Shown one piece after another: positions 39,624 through 39,858 of a DNA stretch of 39,858 bases. The stretch comes from Cyanobacteria bacterium P01_A01_bin.123 (GTDB lineage Bacteria > Cyanobacteriota > Cyanobacteriia > Phormidesmidales > Phormidesmidaceae): NCBI GenBank assembly GCA_039815185.1, contig JBCBZT010000060.1, forward strand, positions 1 through 39,858, written 5' to 3'. The translations under genes and the position numbers were made by a program. Every line of letters begins with the position of its first letter. Within the stretch, counting starts at the first letter, position 1. Below the pieces are notes generated by a model. The model worked only from the letters and a program-made list of their open reading frames with translations, had not been told where the DNA came from and ran no database searches.

Positions 39624-39858
39624 ATGCAGAAGCAATGGCCTAGCCGTCGAGCATTTTTGCGTATGTCTCCCATGGTGGTTTCGTTCGCGATCGCCACCTG
39701 TAGCCGCCGCACAGCTAACTCATCACTTCAGACCACCCAACGCTCTGCTCAATCTCAGGAATTACTACCCACGCCAGCCTGTGGGGACGACGAGCCGACA
39801 CCATCCCAAACTGCGGGGCCGTTTTACACCCCCAATTCACCAGAACGTAAGTCTCTAC
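39624..39858 (+). CDS. Tat-exported intradiol ring-cleavage dioxygenase-like protein, 5' part; runs off the right edge
   Basis: Not in the ORF track. Manual translation: MQKQWPSRRAFLRMSPMVVSFAIATCSRR...LLPTPACGDDEPTPSQTAGPFYTPNSPERKSL. Confidence 0.75.
   Translation, partial: MQKQWPSRRAFLRMSPMVVSFAIATCSRRTANSSLQTTQRSAQSQELLPTPACGDDEPTPSQTAGPFYTPNSPERKSL

Overview
Cyanobacterial chromosomal window: HIP1 octamers GCGATCGC throughout, plus chlG, psb35, petP and a phycobiliprotein lyase. About 1-29,050 is mostly core genes: the 5' part of priA, sigE, gpgS, a PadR/AphA-GIDE cluster, acs, an ABM/GlxA pair, psb35, PBP1A, chlG, ArsA/Get3d, petP, hisF, a CpcS/U-type lyase, hemE, an epimerase, a pentapeptide protein, ilvD, Uma2, a THUMP methyltransferase, sppA and fni. 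From about 29,270 to the end lies an accessory region of regulator/target cassettes. It holds TetR with an AOC/dirigent-like-SnoaL fusion, then a duplicated LysR/secreted beta-propeller module whose second copy adds a ConA-like (DUF1349-like) protein and a cytochrome P460-family haem protein with Met at the cross-link Lys position. A PEP-CTERM protein, a macro-domain protein and a Tat-exported intradiol dioxygenase-like gene missed by the ORF track follow. This exported LysR-controlled module is the best candidate for an undescribed system. Several operators/promoters are readable directly (NtcA-type at gpgS, AphA-type box, twin LysR boxes, mirror-image TetR operators). No rRNA, tRNA, CRISPR array or transposase was recognised. 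All protein calls are by motif recognition; no database search was run.
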